Shown here: in pieces, positions 1-10,027 of the stretch
How the letters are laid out: the number at the start of each line of letters is the position of its first letter
Position numbering within the stretch: the first letter of the stretch is position 1
Assembly: GCF_938091165.1 (NCBI RefSeq)
Contig: NZ_CALKNK010000043.1
Direction: 5' to 3' (one strand)
DNA length: 64,000 nt
DNA from: an uncultured Ilumatobacter sp.
GTDB taxonomy: Bacteria; Actinomycetota; Acidimicrobiia; Acidimicrobiales; Ilumatobacteraceae
Translations under genes and position numbers: made by a program
The notes under the pieces: generated by a model
Databases searched by the model: none
What the model was told of the DNA's origin: nothing
What the model saw: only the letters and a program-made list of their open reading frames with translations

Positions 1-206
1 TGGCTCTGGCCGAGGCCAAAGCGGAATGGCTCCATGCGGTTCCATGATGCGTCGAACTCGGCACCGGTCGACCATGACACACCGACGTAGTGCACGGTGA
101 CGCCTTGGCCGGCGGCAGCTTCGTCGCCGTCGCCCACGGTGATGTCGTCGATGACGAGCTCTGCGGGCGGATCTTCGGCGGGGATGGTGATCTCAGGCTT
201 CTGCAT
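1..206 (-). CDS. FKBP-type peptidyl-prolyl cis-trans isomerase (partial, runs off window edge)
   Basis: Not in the ORF track. Manual translation from ATG at 206 gives MQKPEITIPAEDPPAELVIDDITVGDGDEAAAGQGVTVHYVGVSWSTGAEFDASWNRMEPFRFGLGQS, with typical FKBP motifs (VHYVG, FDASWNR). Confidence 0.9.
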   Translation of the reverse strand, partial: MQKPEITIPAEDPPAELVIDDITVGDGDEAAAGQGVTVHYVGVSWSTGAEFDASWNRMEPFRFGLGQS

Positions 207-314
207 GGCAGTGCAGGCTAGTGGCCGGTCGCTGTGTCGACCCAAGACCAATTGTTGGTGCTGATTCATGTACACCCACCGGTGTTCATCGGCCCAGACT
301 GGCACAATGGAGCC

Positions 315-1526
315 ATGCCCGGCGCCTTTCTGCATCCATTCGCCAAGCCCAGCCGTGAGCGATTCCCCTCGATCACACACGGCAAGGGATCACTTGTCTG
401 GGATCACACCGGCCACGAGATGATCGACGCGATGGCGAGTCTCTGGTACTGCCAGATCGGTCACGGACGCGGTGATATGGCTGACGCAATCGCTGGTCAG
501 ATTCGTCAGATCGAGGCCTACTCATGCTTCGACCCCTTCACCAACGGTCCCGCCGACGAACTGGCCGAGAAAATCGCCAGTCTGACCCCGATGCCCGACG
601 CTCGAGTCTTCTTCGCCAACTCTGGTTCAGAGGCAATCGATTCGGCGATGAAGTTGGCCCGGCTGACCCAAGTCCTCGACGGCCAGCCTGAACGCCGCTT
701 GATCATCTCTCGCGTCCGCGGCTACCACGGCACCAACTACGGAGGAACCAGCGCACAGGGCCTCCCACTCAACAAGGAGGGCTACGGGACGCTGCTCGAT
801 GACGTGGTGCAGGTACCGGCCGATGACATCGAGGCACTGTCGATGCTGATGGCGGAACACTCGAACAGCGTCGCGGCCGTTCTCACTGAAGCTGTTCAAG
901 GCGCAGCGGGCGTTTACCCGCCCAACGATGGCTACCTCGACGAAGCCCGTCGGCTCTGCGACCAGCATGGCGCACTGTTGATCTTTGACGAGGTGATCAC
1001 CGGATTTGGCCGTCTTGGAACCTGGTTTGCAGCAGAACACTTCGACGTTGTCCCCGACCTCACTGCATTCGCCAAGGGGGTCACCTCCGGCTACATGCCA
1101 CTCGGTGGTGTCATCGTTGGACGGCGAGTCGGTGAAGCACTCGAATCAGACCGCGACTTTATCCTGCGCCACGGCTACACCTATTCCGGCCACGCCGCAG
1201 CCTGCGCTGCCGGCCTGAAGAACATCGAGATCCTCGAAAAGAACAAGCTCCTAAGGGCAGCCAGTGCAATGGGCTACCGCCTCGAGCGCGGGCTCCGAGC
1301 CATTGCCGCTGACGGAGGCGTCGATCACGTCCGCGGCGTTGGGGCCGTGTTCGCAGTGGGTCTCCGCGACGACCAGAATGCCGTGCAGTTGCGCGACGCA
1401 ATGTTGAAAGCCGGAGTGATTACCCGGGCGATCGGTACGGACACGATCACCTACTGTCCGCCATTGGTCACGACGGACGAACAGATCGACACCATTGTCG
1501 ACGTGCTAGCCGAAGCGGTCGCCTGA
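315..1526 (+). CDS. Class III PLP-dependent aminotransferase (omega-amino acid/putrescine type)
   Basis: Motifs DAMASLW, NSGSEA, YHG, LIFDEVITGFGRLG and FAKGVTSGY (PLP lysine). Start refined to ATG at 315. Confidence 0.9.
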   Translation: MPGAFLHPFAKPSRERFPSITHGKGSLVWDHTGHEMIDAMASLWYCQIGHGRGDMADAIAGQIRQIEAYSCFDPFTNGPADELAEKIASLTPMPDARVFFANSGSEAIDSAMKLARLTQVLDGQPERRLIISRVRGYHGTNYGGTSAQGLPLNKEGYGTLLDDVVQVPADDIEALSMLMAEHSNSVAAVLTEAVQGAAGVYPPNDGYLDEARRLCDQHGALLIFDEVITGFGRLGTWFAAEHFDVVPDLTAFAKGVTSGYMPLGGVIVGRRVGEALESDRDFILRHGYTYSGHAAACAAGLKNIEILEKNKLLRAASAMGYRLERGLRAIAADGGVDHVRGVGAVFAVGLRDDQNAVQLRDAMLKAGVITRAIGTDTITYCPPLVTTDEQIDTIVDVLAEAVA

Positions 1527-1576
1527 CACGCCCACACCTGGATTACGACAAGCTGCGTTGGGCCCAGATAGACCAA

Positions 1577-2497
1577 TCAGGCGTTGCGGAGGAGGTCAAT
1601 TAGGCTACTGGTATCCCAGCGGTCGCCGCCGCGGGCGACTACCTGCTTATACATCTGATCGACTACGGCGGTTACGGGCAAACGGGCACCATTGCGCTCA
1701 GCTTCTTCGAGACAGATGCCCAGGTCCTTACGCATCCACTCGACAGCGAATCCGAAGTCGAACTCGCCCTCCGCCATGGTTCCTGCACGGTTGTCCATTT
1801 GCCAGCTCTGTGCAGCGCCCTTTCCGATCACACCAACGACCTCTGCGATGTCCAGGCCGGCGCGTTCCGCAAAGTTCAATCCTTCGGCGAGCCCCTGCAC
1901 CAATCCAGCGATACAAATCTGATTGACCATCTTTGCGAGTTGACCAGACCCTGATGGCCCGAGGAGCGCACACTGCTTGGCGAATACACCGATCACCGGA
2001 ATCGCTCGTTCGTATACCTCAACGTCGTCACAGCCACACATCACGGTGAGCTGTCCGTTCTCTGCGCCAGCCTGTCCACCGGAGACGGGGGCGTCGACAA
2101 ACCCGATCCCTTGCTCTTCGCACGCCGCAGACAACTCGCGGGCGAGGCTTGCAGAGGCCGTGGTGTGATCGACGAGGATCGATCCCGGCGCCATCGATGA
2201 CAACGCACCCGTCTCGCCGAACACAACCTCACGCACGTCGTCGTCATTACCGACACACATCATCACGATGTCGACACCTTCTGCGGCCTCAGCTGGAGTC
2301 GGCGCAGCCTGACCGCCATTTAGCGCAACCCACGCCAACGCCTTTGCTGCCGTGCGGTTGAAGACAACAACGTTGTGACCAGACCGCTTCAAATGACGGG
2401 CCATCGGAGCCCCCATTACGCCGGTACCGAGGAAGGCGATCTTCTTCCGGTCGTCTTCGGGGTTCTGACCGGAGGCAGCTGCGGTGATGTCGCTCAT
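1577..2497 (-). CDS. NAD(P)-dependent beta-hydroxyacid dehydrogenase (3-hydroxyisobutyrate dehydrogenase family)
   Basis: GTGVMG Rossmann motif, DAPVSGGQAGA, GSGQLAKMVNQ, KDL. Confidence 0.9.
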   Translation of the reverse strand: MSDITAAASGQNPEDDRKKIAFLGTGVMGAPMARHLKRSGHNVVVFNRTAAKALAWVALNGGQAAPTPAEAAEGVDIVMMCVGNDDDVREVVFGETGALSSMAPGSILVDHTTASASLARELSAACEEQGIGFVDAPVSGGQAGAENGQLTVMCGCDDVEVYERAIPVIGVFAKQCALLGPSGSGQLAKMVNQICIAGLVQGLAEGLNFAERAGLDIAEVVGVIGKGAAQSWQMDNRAGTMAEGEFDFGFAVEWMRKDLGICLEEAERNGARLPVTAVVDQMYKQVVARGGDRWDTSSLIDLLRNA

Positions 2498-2639
2498 ATT
2501 CGTTCAGTCTTTCAGGTCACAACTGCACGTACGTCACTACCACCGTGACCAAAATTAAAGCGAGCCCCGAAAACATAAGTTCAAGCAACCACAGCTCTAC
2601 CACTTCGCCGTGTCCGGCCTGAATCACAGTTGGAGTGAG

Positions 2640-2659
2640 GCGGGGCGCATTCGCCCCGC
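2640..2659 (-). terminator. GC-rich hairpin downstream of carD (probable terminator)
   Basis: Perfect 8-bp inverted repeat GCGGGGCG-CATT-CGCCCCGC, 4 nt after the carD stop. The U-tract is weak. Confidence 0.5.
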
Positions 2660-2663
2660 TCCG

Positions 2664-3194
2664 TCACTTTTTTTTCTTCTTCGGTGTCTCTTCTTCGCCG
2701 TCTTTGAGAACACCCTTGGCAAGCGCCTCGTCAAGGTATATCTCTGCGTCTTCGGCTGAGACCTTGAGGGCGGGCGAGATCTCGGACACGAGGTTGACAC
2801 GAGCCCGTTCGTACATCGTGCGTTCAGCAGCAGACAAAGATGCGTCACGGTTGCGAGCAGCAAGGTTTCGAACGACTTCGGCCACCTGGTACACGTCACC
2901 ACTCTTAAGCTTTTCCTGGTGATTCTTGAAGCGGCGGCTCCAGTTGCTCGGTACGCGCGGATCGGGCTTCGCAAGCACAGACACGAGGTCCTCTAGTTCG
3001 TCGGCCGATACGGGTGGCCGCACACCGACTTCGTCCGTCTTGTCGACAGGCACACGCAAGGTCATCTCGTTGATAACCGTGGTGAGGATCAGGTAGTCCT
3101 GCTTCTCACCGAGGAACTCCATCTTCTTGGTCCCCTCGACTTTGCACGCGCCGTGCTGCGGATAGATGACGACTTCGCCCTTCTTGTATTTCAC
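2664..3194 (-). CDS. carD: CarD family RNA polymerase-binding transcription factor
   Basis: VIYPQHGAC, LRVPV and NWSRRFKNHQEKLKSGD (conserved Trp). Confidence 0.95.
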   Translation of the reverse strand: MKYKKGEVVIYPQHGACKVEGTKKMEFLGEKQDYLILTTVINEMTLRVPVDKTDEVGVRPPVSADELEDLVSVLAKPDPRVPSNWSRRFKNHQEKLKSGDVYQVAEVVRNLAARNRDASLSAAERTMYERARVNLVSEISPALKVSAEDAEIYLDEALAKGVLKDGEEETPKKKKK

Positions 3195-3345
3195 GCAGAA
3201 CCTCTTTGGGGGTCAATGAGTGGCAACACGGCGAGTCCGGTCCCCACATCTAGATCGCAAGGGTAACGGCACCAGGCCCCATTCCGAACTCCGGCCTGGT
3301 ACGCAACGTTGCCCAACTCACGTCGCTAGGTGTTCACTCACGAAT

Positions 3346-3422
3346 TGGCGCCCCCGGCAGGACTCGAACCTGCGACCGACGGGGTAGAAACCCGCTGCTC
3401 TCATCCACTGAGCTACGGAGGC
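3346..3422 (-). tRNA. tRNA-Arg (anticodon UCU)
   Basis: Minus strand reads GCCTCCGTAGCTCAGTGGATGAGAGCAGCGGG-TTTCTAC-CCCGTCGGTCGCAGGTTCGAGTCCTGCCGGGGGCGCCA. It folds as a cloverleaf with a TTCGA T-loop, encoded CCA and anticodon TCT. Confidence 0.95.
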
Positions 3423-3489
3423 GTAGCAGAGTCAACTGTATCTGCACTGCGCTGATGCACTTCGTTCCGTCAAAACGAAAGCCGATACC

Positions 3490-5625
3490 TCAGACGTTGG
3501 CCGACATCTGGAATCCTGCGTCCCCTGGAGTCGAGCCGTTGCCACCGCTACCTGCAGTGCCTGCGACGAACTCAGCGGCGTCTAAAACCTGATTCGCAGT
3601 ACTGTCGTCGAACCATCCATATGACGAGCCGCCCGAGGCACCGGCACCAGCGTTGGCGTTCACATCGTTGGCGGGCATCCCTCCAGCGCCACCACGCCGC
3701 CCGTCCCCATCTGAACCGCCGAGGCCTGACGCGCCACCGACGCCCCCATCAGCCCCCTTACCACCGTTGCTACCGCGCACCGTGGTGGCCGCTACCTCAA
3801 CGAGAACGACCCGAGTGGTCAACATGCCCAACGAGGGGCCCCCCGCTCCGCCGCCACCCTGGCCACCGGTTCCGCCAGCGCCACCACCGCCACCACCACC
3901 GCCACCACCGTCGGCGAGCAGTCCGCCAGCACCTTCGGCGCCATCACCACCGCCACCACCGACTTGAGCGATGGTCGCAAATGCCCCTAAGCCGCCGTCT
4001 CCCCCGCGCCCGCCAGCGACCAGCGACTCAATGACGACCAAACGTTCAACGCCGACTGTCCACAGTCCAATCGATCCTCCACCGCCGCCACCTGGCGCTG
4101 CACCCGCAGTGGCTGCGCCACCGGCACCGCCCCCGCCGCCGCCACCGCCGCTAACAAGAAGCGGTCCGTTGCCACCACCGCCGCCCGATCCACCTGAGCC
4201 AGGCGACCCAGCTTCGCCACTGACGCCCCCGCGCCCAACCGGCACCGTCGCATTCTCATCGGACTGGGCCACGCCGACACCGCCACTGCCACCCGATCCT
4301 CCGTTGCCCCCTGCGCCGCCGCTCCCTACCTGACCATCAGGCGAGCCATCTAACCCGCCCGCACCACCATTCGGAGCGCTGGCTCCGCCACCGGCATTCC
4401 CGCCCGTGCCACCACGACCGCCACCGGTGGAACCAGAACCACCGCCAGCACCGGCGTCACGGCCGCTTGCGTTCCCACCGACCGATGCGGTGTCGGCTGG
4501 GGCCCCAACGGTTATGCCATCGCCACCACCGCCGCCACGTGCGGCATTGATGGTCGATCGTTCGATCCGTACCTCGGTCGCACCACTGACAAAGATGCCT
4601 GAGCTCATGCCGCCTGAACTTCCATCCACGCCGCCGCCACCGTCACCACCGACGATCCGACTGTCGAGCACGCTGATCGCGCCCGCATCTTGGACCAGCA
4701 CACCCGCTGAGTTGCTGCCCACTGCAGCGTCGCTAGCCGTGACCTCAATCGCCGACAGCCAGCGCTCGGACGACCCTGCTGCACGAATCGCGATCGCTGC
4801 TCCATCAATGACAACACGCTGATTCACGTTGCGCATCCAATCCTCATCGAACCCCCCGTAGAGGCTCATCCCATCGCTCAATTCGAGGGAGGCTGCCGTC
4901 GTGTCATAAGTCCCCACGCTGCGCACGTAAACGTCCCTTCCTCGGGCCAACTGGACGGCCACGGCCAAGCTACGCATGGGGGCATCAATCGACCCAGCAG
5001 CCAGATCGTCGCCACGTTCACCGTCGACGAACACCGCTTGATCTACGTCTTCCAACACTCGAACAATGACATCGTCTGTTGCGACTCCATCGGTGCCGGC
5101 AACCTCAAGCGTGAACGCAAGCGTAGAAACATCCAGCGGCGCAATCGCGGCCACTTCGATGCCGAGCAAACTGCCAAGGCCAGCTGTGACGTCCGGGCCA
5201 GCAGTTTGCGTCCAACGAACAGCTCCATCTGGTGTTCCCTCGGCGAGATTCTCAGCGGTCAGCACGAACTCGGCCGCTCGATCGACAAGCAGATCTTCTC
5301 CCGCCTCTGCGTTTGCTGGCAGCAGCAGTGTGGTTGACGGCGTTGTTGTTGTCGCAGACGCAGTGGTGGTCGCCGCGGCTTGCGTCACGGTCGTCACTGG
5401 TTTGCTGGTTGACTGCGCTGCCGGGAGCACAGTTGACGATGGCGCAACACCGTTGCCACCCTGAGAAGTGACGAACGTGACTATGCCAGCAATCAACACA
5501 AGCACTGCAGTGACGCTCAACGCAATCAGAACATTGCGATGACGCTCTTCTTGCGTTCTGACCGGCGGCCGACCAGCGGGGCCGTCGGTGACCGCTGACC
5601 GTTCTGCATTCCAGTCTTTTGTCAT
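3490..5625 (-). CDS. Membrane-anchored glycine-rich (PGRS-like) surface protein with PKD-like domain
   Basis: N-terminal TM helix, Thr-rich linker, PKD/REJ-like segment (AEAGED...WTQTAGP), VFVDGERGDD...GSIDAP motif, then long GGxGG tracts. Confidence 0.75.
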   Translation of the reverse strand: MTKDWNAERSAVTDGPAGRPPVRTQEERHRNVLIALSVTAVLVLIAGIVTFVTSQGGNGVAPSSTVLPAAQSTSKPVTTVTQAAATTTASATTTTPSTTLLLPANAEAGEDLLVDRAAEFVLTAENLAEGTPDGAVRWTQTAGPDVTAGLGSLLGIEVAAIAPLDVSTLAFTLEVAGTDGVATDDVIVRVLEDVDQAVFVDGERGDDLAAGSIDAPMRSLAVAVQLARGRDVYVRSVGTYDTTAASLELSDGMSLYGGFDEDWMRNVNQRVVIDGAAIAIRAAGSSERWLSAIEVTASDAAVGSNSAGVLVQDAGAISVLDSRIVGGDGGGGVDGSSGGMSSGIFVSGATEVRIERSTINAARGGGGGDGITVGAPADTASVGGNASGRDAGAGGGSGSTGGGRGGTGGNAGGGASAPNGGAGGLDGSPDGQVGSGGAGGNGGSGGSGGVGVAQSDENATVPVGRGGVSGEAGSPGSGGSGGGGGNGPLLVSGGGGGGGGAGGAATAGAAPGGGGGGSIGLWTVGVERLVVIESLVAGGRGGDGGLGAFATIAQVGGGGGDGAEGAGGLLADGGGGGGGGGGAGGTGGQGGGGAGGPSLGMLTTRVVLVEVAATTVRGSNGGKGADGGVGGASGLGGSDGDGRRGGAGGMPANDVNANAGAGASGGSSYGWFDDSTANQVLDAAEFVAGTAGSGGNGSTPGDAGFQMSANV

Positions 5626-5710
5626 TGTCGTCAGTCTCCTGCGTTCTCAAACGGTAACCACGAGATGTCCTCAACAGGTGTAAGTGGCAAGGCAGAATCG
5701 GCCTGCGCCC

Positions 5711-6952
5711 TCAGATGAGCTGCTGTCGAAGAAATCCCAGTGCCGTGATGACAGAGAACTGCCGCATCAACTCGCGTACACTCGGCATGTTGGCCTGCCT
5801 GACCTCCTCGAAGCCCGGCCCGACCATACCGACAAAGAGTGTTCCGACAGGCTGTCCATCCTGTTCTGCAGGGCCAGCCACGCCAGTCAACGACAGCCCG
5901 ATATCGGCGCCCAATCGATTGCGTACACCCACTGCCATCTGTCGTGCCGCAATTTCGTTAACCACTGGTCCCTCGCTTACACCAAGCAGGCTTTGCTTAA
6001 CTTCCGTGGCGTAGCTGATGACTCCACCTCGGAACACGTCGCTTGCACCTGGGATATCAGTGAGTCGTCCACCAACGAGACCACCTGTAACGGATTCGGC
6101 GACTGCAAGAGTCAGACCCCGCTCGCGACACAGGTCAAGCACGACCGATTCCATCGTGTCATCGTCCGTTCCAAAAATCAGGTCGTCAATCTCATGACGA
6201 ACCACCGCCTCCCACTGATCCAGTTGCGCACTGCAACCGATACGCGTTGCATCTTTCGCAGTCAGACGAACTTTTAGACCATTCCAACCGCTAGCGAGGA
6301 AAGCCAACGTCGGAGTATCTGACGTTTCGAGCTGCTCGATGACCTGCTCAAGTTTCTCGTTTAGACCGCTCTCACTCTCACCCCAGGTTCGCAGCACTCG
6401 CGAGGCAATGACCGCCGTCTCACCGCTGCGCTCAAGCAGATCAGGGACGATTGCGCGTTCAAGCATGTCGCGCATCTCATGCGGCACGCCAGGGACCGCA
6501 TAAATCACTTTGTCGAAGCCCTGATGAGTAATCGGACAAATCAGCCCCGGCGCAGTGCCTCGGGTCTGGGCAATGACCGCAGCCCCGACCGGAACCTCGG
6601 CCTGGCGGCGATTGTTCTCAGCCATCTTCCGGCCGCGGGACTCAAACATCTGTCGAATCGTGTCGACGACGATCGCATCTTCGACCAGCTCAACGCCCAT
6701 CACATTAGCGATGGCATTACGAGTCAAATCGTCGTGTGTTGGTCCCAGGCCCCCGCACACGATGACTGCATCAGCGTCGACGAGCATGTCACTGAGCTGC
6801 GCCTCAATGCGGTTGACGTTGTCGCCGACCTTGACCTGCACAAGTGAATCAATGCCGTTTGCAGCTAGTTCGCCGCCGATCCACGCTGAATTCGAGTCGA
6901 TGATCTGGCCGAGAAGGAGTTCGGTACCGACGGCGAGGACATCACAGCGCAT
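5711..6952 (-). CDS. cinA: Competence/damage-inducible protein CinA (MoCF domain + NMN deamidase)
   Basis: VGTELLLGQIIDSN, GGLGPTHDDLT, PGVP, AESVTGGL, TGVAGP. Confidence 0.95.
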   Translation of the reverse strand: MRCDVLAVGTELLLGQIIDSNSAWIGGELAANGIDSLVQVKVGDNVNRIEAQLSDMLVDADAVIVCGGLGPTHDDLTRNAIANVMGVELVEDAIVVDTIRQMFESRGRKMAENNRRQAEVPVGAAVIAQTRGTAPGLICPITHQGFDKVIYAVPGVPHEMRDMLERAIVPDLLERSGETAVIASRVLRTWGESESGLNEKLEQVIEQLETSDTPTLAFLASGWNGLKVRLTAKDATRIGCSAQLDQWEAVVRHEIDDLIFGTDDDTMESVVLDLCRERGLTLAVAESVTGGLVGGRLTDIPGASDVFRGGVISYATEVKQSLLGVSEGPVVNEIAARQMAVGVRNRLGADIGLSLTGVAGPAEQDGQPVGTLFVGMVGPGFEEVRQANMPSVRELMRQFSVITALGFLRQQLI

Positions 6953-7006
6953 TGACTCAGTGTGTCAGGATTAACGGACTGGTTGTGACGTGGTTGACGC
7001 CACGTC

Positions 7007-7597
7007 TCAGGTACTGATCGGTGTTACTGACGACGCGTTCTTTGAGTTACGTGCAGAATGGAGATACTGCGCAGCGCTGACGAGAGCCAACACGACCGCC
7101 ACCCAGAGCAGACTCTTCCAAAGCCAGGTGGCATTCAACGCCGTCCACGGCAGCAGAGCAAACCCGACAGCGAGCTGCTGAGCGAACGTTTTGTACTTCG
7201 CCAGTTGTGACGCGGGAACACTGATGCCCTTGCCGCTTACCACGACGCGGTAAACGCTGATGATCAGCTCCCGCGCAGCGATAATGATGACTGGCACCAC
7301 CCAGAACACTCCTGTGCTGACCAAGGTAAACATTGCCCCGAGCACAAGCACTTTGTCCGCAAGCGGATCAAGAAACGCTCCGGCCGCGGTGGGGCCTCTG
7401 CGTCGAGCAACGAACCCGTCAATGCCGTCACTGAAGCACAGCAAAAACCAAAAACTAAATGCGATCCAGGCTCCGCCTGGGTGATCAGGGATTATCCAGA
7501 ACATCACCGGCGAAAGCAGAAGCCGGGCGGTCGTGATCGCGTTGGCCCAACTCGCGATTGACAACCCGTCGCTCGGCGCCGCCGGGATCGCGTTCAT
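7007..7597 (-). CDS. pgsA: CDP-diacylglycerol--glycerol-3-phosphate phosphatidyltransferase
   Basis: Signature DGIDGFVARR...GAFLDPLADK. The ATG overlaps the rimO stop (TGATG), and the rimO-pgsA-cinA order is conserved. Confidence 0.9.
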   Translation of the reverse strand: MNAIPAAPSDGLSIASWANAITTARLLLSPVMFWIIPDHPGGAWIAFSFWFLLCFSDGIDGFVARRRGPTAAGAFLDPLADKVLVLGAMFTLVSTGVFWVVPVIIIAARELIISVYRVVVSGKGISVPASQLAKYKTFAQQLAVGFALLPWTALNATWLWKSLLWVAVVLALVSAAQYLHSARNSKNASSVTPIST

Positions 7598-8958
7598 CAG
7601 CGCTCGCCAGCCTCGCACTCGTCGAGCAGCGAAACGTCGACTCCGGCGGCTAGGAGATCGGGTCCCAACGCATCGACAATCTCGACGTCGACAAACTCTC
7701 CCACCGGGACATTCTGCCCGACGTACACGATGCCATCGATTTCGGGCGCCTCGCGATGGCTCCGGCCGATACCCTCACTGTCGACCAACACGTTCATCGT
7801 TGAGCCAATTAGGTCATCTCGACGGGCTGCGGTGATGTTGTCCTGAAGAGACCTCAGCTCGCCGAGCCGCTCGTGCATCAAACCGTCAGGGACGACTCCT
7901 TCACCATGGGCGATTAGGTCGGCGGCATAGGTGCCAGCTTCGTTGCTGTAGGAAAAAAAGCCGCACCAGTCGAGCTGCGCCTCTTCAACGAAGCGCAGCA
8001 ACTGGTCGTGATCTTCTTCTGTTTCGCTGGGGTACCCGACAATGAAGTTACTGCGGAACGCTGCGTCTGGCTCACGTTTGCGGATGTCAGCGATACGGTC
8101 GAGGAATCGCTGGCCATCACCCCAACGACGCATCTTTCGCAGTAGCGGCTTACTGACATGCTGCAGTGATAGATCGAAGTACGGGACGCCTGTCTGACAG
8201 ATCGAGTCGATCAATCCGTCGGTGAGATCGCTCGGGTACAGATAGAGCAATCGGACTCGATCGACTTTGGCGGCCACGGCATTGAGCAGCGGGACGATCG
8301 AGCCAGCGCCCATCTCATCGGGACGGTCCTTGCCGTAGGACGCTAGGTCTTGGGCGACCAACACGATTTCGCGTGCTTGCAACTGCTCAACTTCAGCGAG
8401 AATTGCAGAGACGTCACGGCTGCGCTGCGGACCTCGGAAACTCGGAATTGCACAAAACCCACACGAGCGGTCGCAGCCTTCAGCAATTTTAATGTAGGCC
8501 CACGGGACTGCGGACTTCGGTCGCGGCAAGTTGAGTAAATCGAACTTCGGCAGCGGCGCTTCCGACACTGGGATCAACTTGCGAGAGCCAGCACCTCGGC
8601 TCGGCACTTCTCGGCCATCGCGTTCAGTGGTCTCAATGTTGAATGCCTGACCGAACCCGGCAACCTGGTCGACCTCTGGCAATTCGGCGGCGAGTTCGTC
8701 TCCGTAGCGTTCGGCCATGCAGCCGGTAACCACCAGCTTGGATCCGTCAAGGCGCTGCTCGTCAAGGTCAAGGATTGTGTCAATTGATTCTCGACGCGCC
8801 TCGTCGATAAAAGCGCATGTGTTCACGACGACGAGATCCGCCGCACCTGCGTCATCAGTCGGCTCCATGCCGTCTGCGAGCAACGCTCCGACAAGCTTGT
8901 CGGAGTCGACCTCGTTCTTCGGACAGCCCAAGGTCTCGACATAGAACCGCTGCGCCAT
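7597..8958 (-). CDS. rimO: Ribosomal protein S12 methylthiotransferase RimO
   Basis: LGCPKNEVDS, NTCAFI, GC, radical SAM motif EGCDRSCGFCAIP and the APEIDG TRAM motif. Start refined to 8958. Confidence 0.95.
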   Translation of the reverse strand: MAQRFYVETLGCPKNEVDSDKLVGALLADGMEPTDDAGAADLVVVNTCAFIDEARRESIDTILDLDEQRLDGSKLVVTGCMAERYGDELAAELPEVDQVAGFGQAFNIETTERDGREVPSRGAGSRKLIPVSEAPLPKFDLLNLPRPKSAVPWAYIKIAEGCDRSCGFCAIPSFRGPQRSRDVSAILAEVEQLQAREIVLVAQDLASYGKDRPDEMGAGSIVPLLNAVAAKVDRVRLLYLYPSDLTDGLIDSICQTGVPYFDLSLQHVSKPLLRKMRRWGDGQRFLDRIADIRKREPDAAFRSNFIVGYPSETEEDHDQLLRFVEEAQLDWCGFFSYSNEAGTYAADLIAHGEGVVPDGLMHERLGELRSLQDNITAARRDDLIGSTMNVLVDSEGIGRSHREAPEIDGIVYVGQNVPVGEFVDVEIVDALGPDLLAAGVDVSLLDECEAGER

Positions 8959-9053
8959 CCCCGCGACGTTATCTGCCCTGGTGCTCGCTCGCTGAGTGGG
9001 TCCCAACGCAAGCGGCATGCCGTCTTGCCGAGGCCCGTAAGCGCATCGGACAA

Positions 9054-9986
9054 CTACTGATGTGCGAGTAGCAGCCCCAAACGCGGCCAGCGGAATGAAA
9101 CCAGCTTGCCCGTCCCTGACAACGTGACGAACGCGGTGGTCATATCGTCACCGCCAAAACAGATATTGGTGGTGAACATGTCGCCGGTGGCGTGGTGCTC
9201 GGTGTGTTGACCGTCCGGGGAGATTGCCGTGATTCCACCGTTCAACAACGTGGCAACGCACACCCAGCCGTCGCGATCGACGGCGAGCGAATCAAGGAGT
9301 TGATGCCCAGGCAATCCGTGCAGAACCGAAGTACGCCGACTCGGGACAAGGCGCCCCGGCTGCTCAAGCTGACGTTCGAACACGCGGCCCGTATGCGTTT
9401 CGGCCCAGTAGAGCGCCGTTCCCTCCGGCGAGAGGCCGATGCCGTTCGGACTGTTTACCGGGAAGATCGACTCGGTAATCTCAGACCCGTCGCAAGCTGC
9501 GTGGTAAATCGCTGTTAGATCCGCTTTTCTGGCGTTGTTGTCGCGGATGCCGTGATCGGTGAACCAAAATCCCCCGTGACCGTCCATCACTAGGTCGTTT
9601 GGGGCACGGAGTGGTCGGCCATTACACTCAGTGAATAGATCGGTGACGGTCCCGTCGCTCAGGTCAACGCGCTGGATTTTGCCACCAAGATATCGGCTCG
9701 GGTCGAACGACCCAGGCTGTGAGCGTCCGTTGCGTTCGATCGGTGTAAAGCATCCGCCGTTGTTGCACAGATAGATCGCACCGTCGGGTCCGATGGCTGC
9801 GCCGTTTGGACCACCAGGCGTTTCCGCTACGCGCTCCTTGGTGCCGTCAGGCCAGACACGAGTGAGGCATTCGGAGAACATCTCAACCACGATCACCGAG
9901 CCATCCGGCATTGCGATCGGGCCCTCCGGAAAGCGTAAACCGGCTGTGATCTCGGTGAGTTCCGGCTTCAGGTCGATATGTGCCAT
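9054..9986 (-). CDS. SMP-30/gluconolactonase/LRE family protein
   Basis: FPEGP, GPNGAA, APNDL, SPNGIGLSP, DSLAVD, TNICFGG. Confidence 0.9.
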   Translation of the reverse strand: MAHIDLKPELTEITAGLRFPEGPIAMPDGSVIVVEMFSECLTRVWPDGTKERVAETPGGPNGAAIGPDGAIYLCNNGGCFTPIERNGRSQPGSFDPSRYLGGKIQRVDLSDGTVTDLFTECNGRPLRAPNDLVMDGHGGFWFTDHGIRDNNARKADLTAIYHAACDGSEITESIFPVNSPNGIGLSPEGTALYWAETHTGRVFERQLEQPGRLVPSRRTSVLHGLPGHQLLDSLAVDRDGWVCVATLLNGGITAISPDGQHTEHHATGDMFTTNICFGGDDMTTAFVTLSGTGKLVSFRWPRLGLLLAHQ

Positions 9987-10027
9987 GACTGAAGCCAATC
10001 ACACTGGCGCAAGCCGACGCTCACCCG

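Noticed and set aside
3195..3345. Integrative element at the tRNA-Arg 3' end
   Set aside because: No integrase and no duplicated tRNA 3' end were seen. carD follows directly, with only a short hairpin at 3271-3300.
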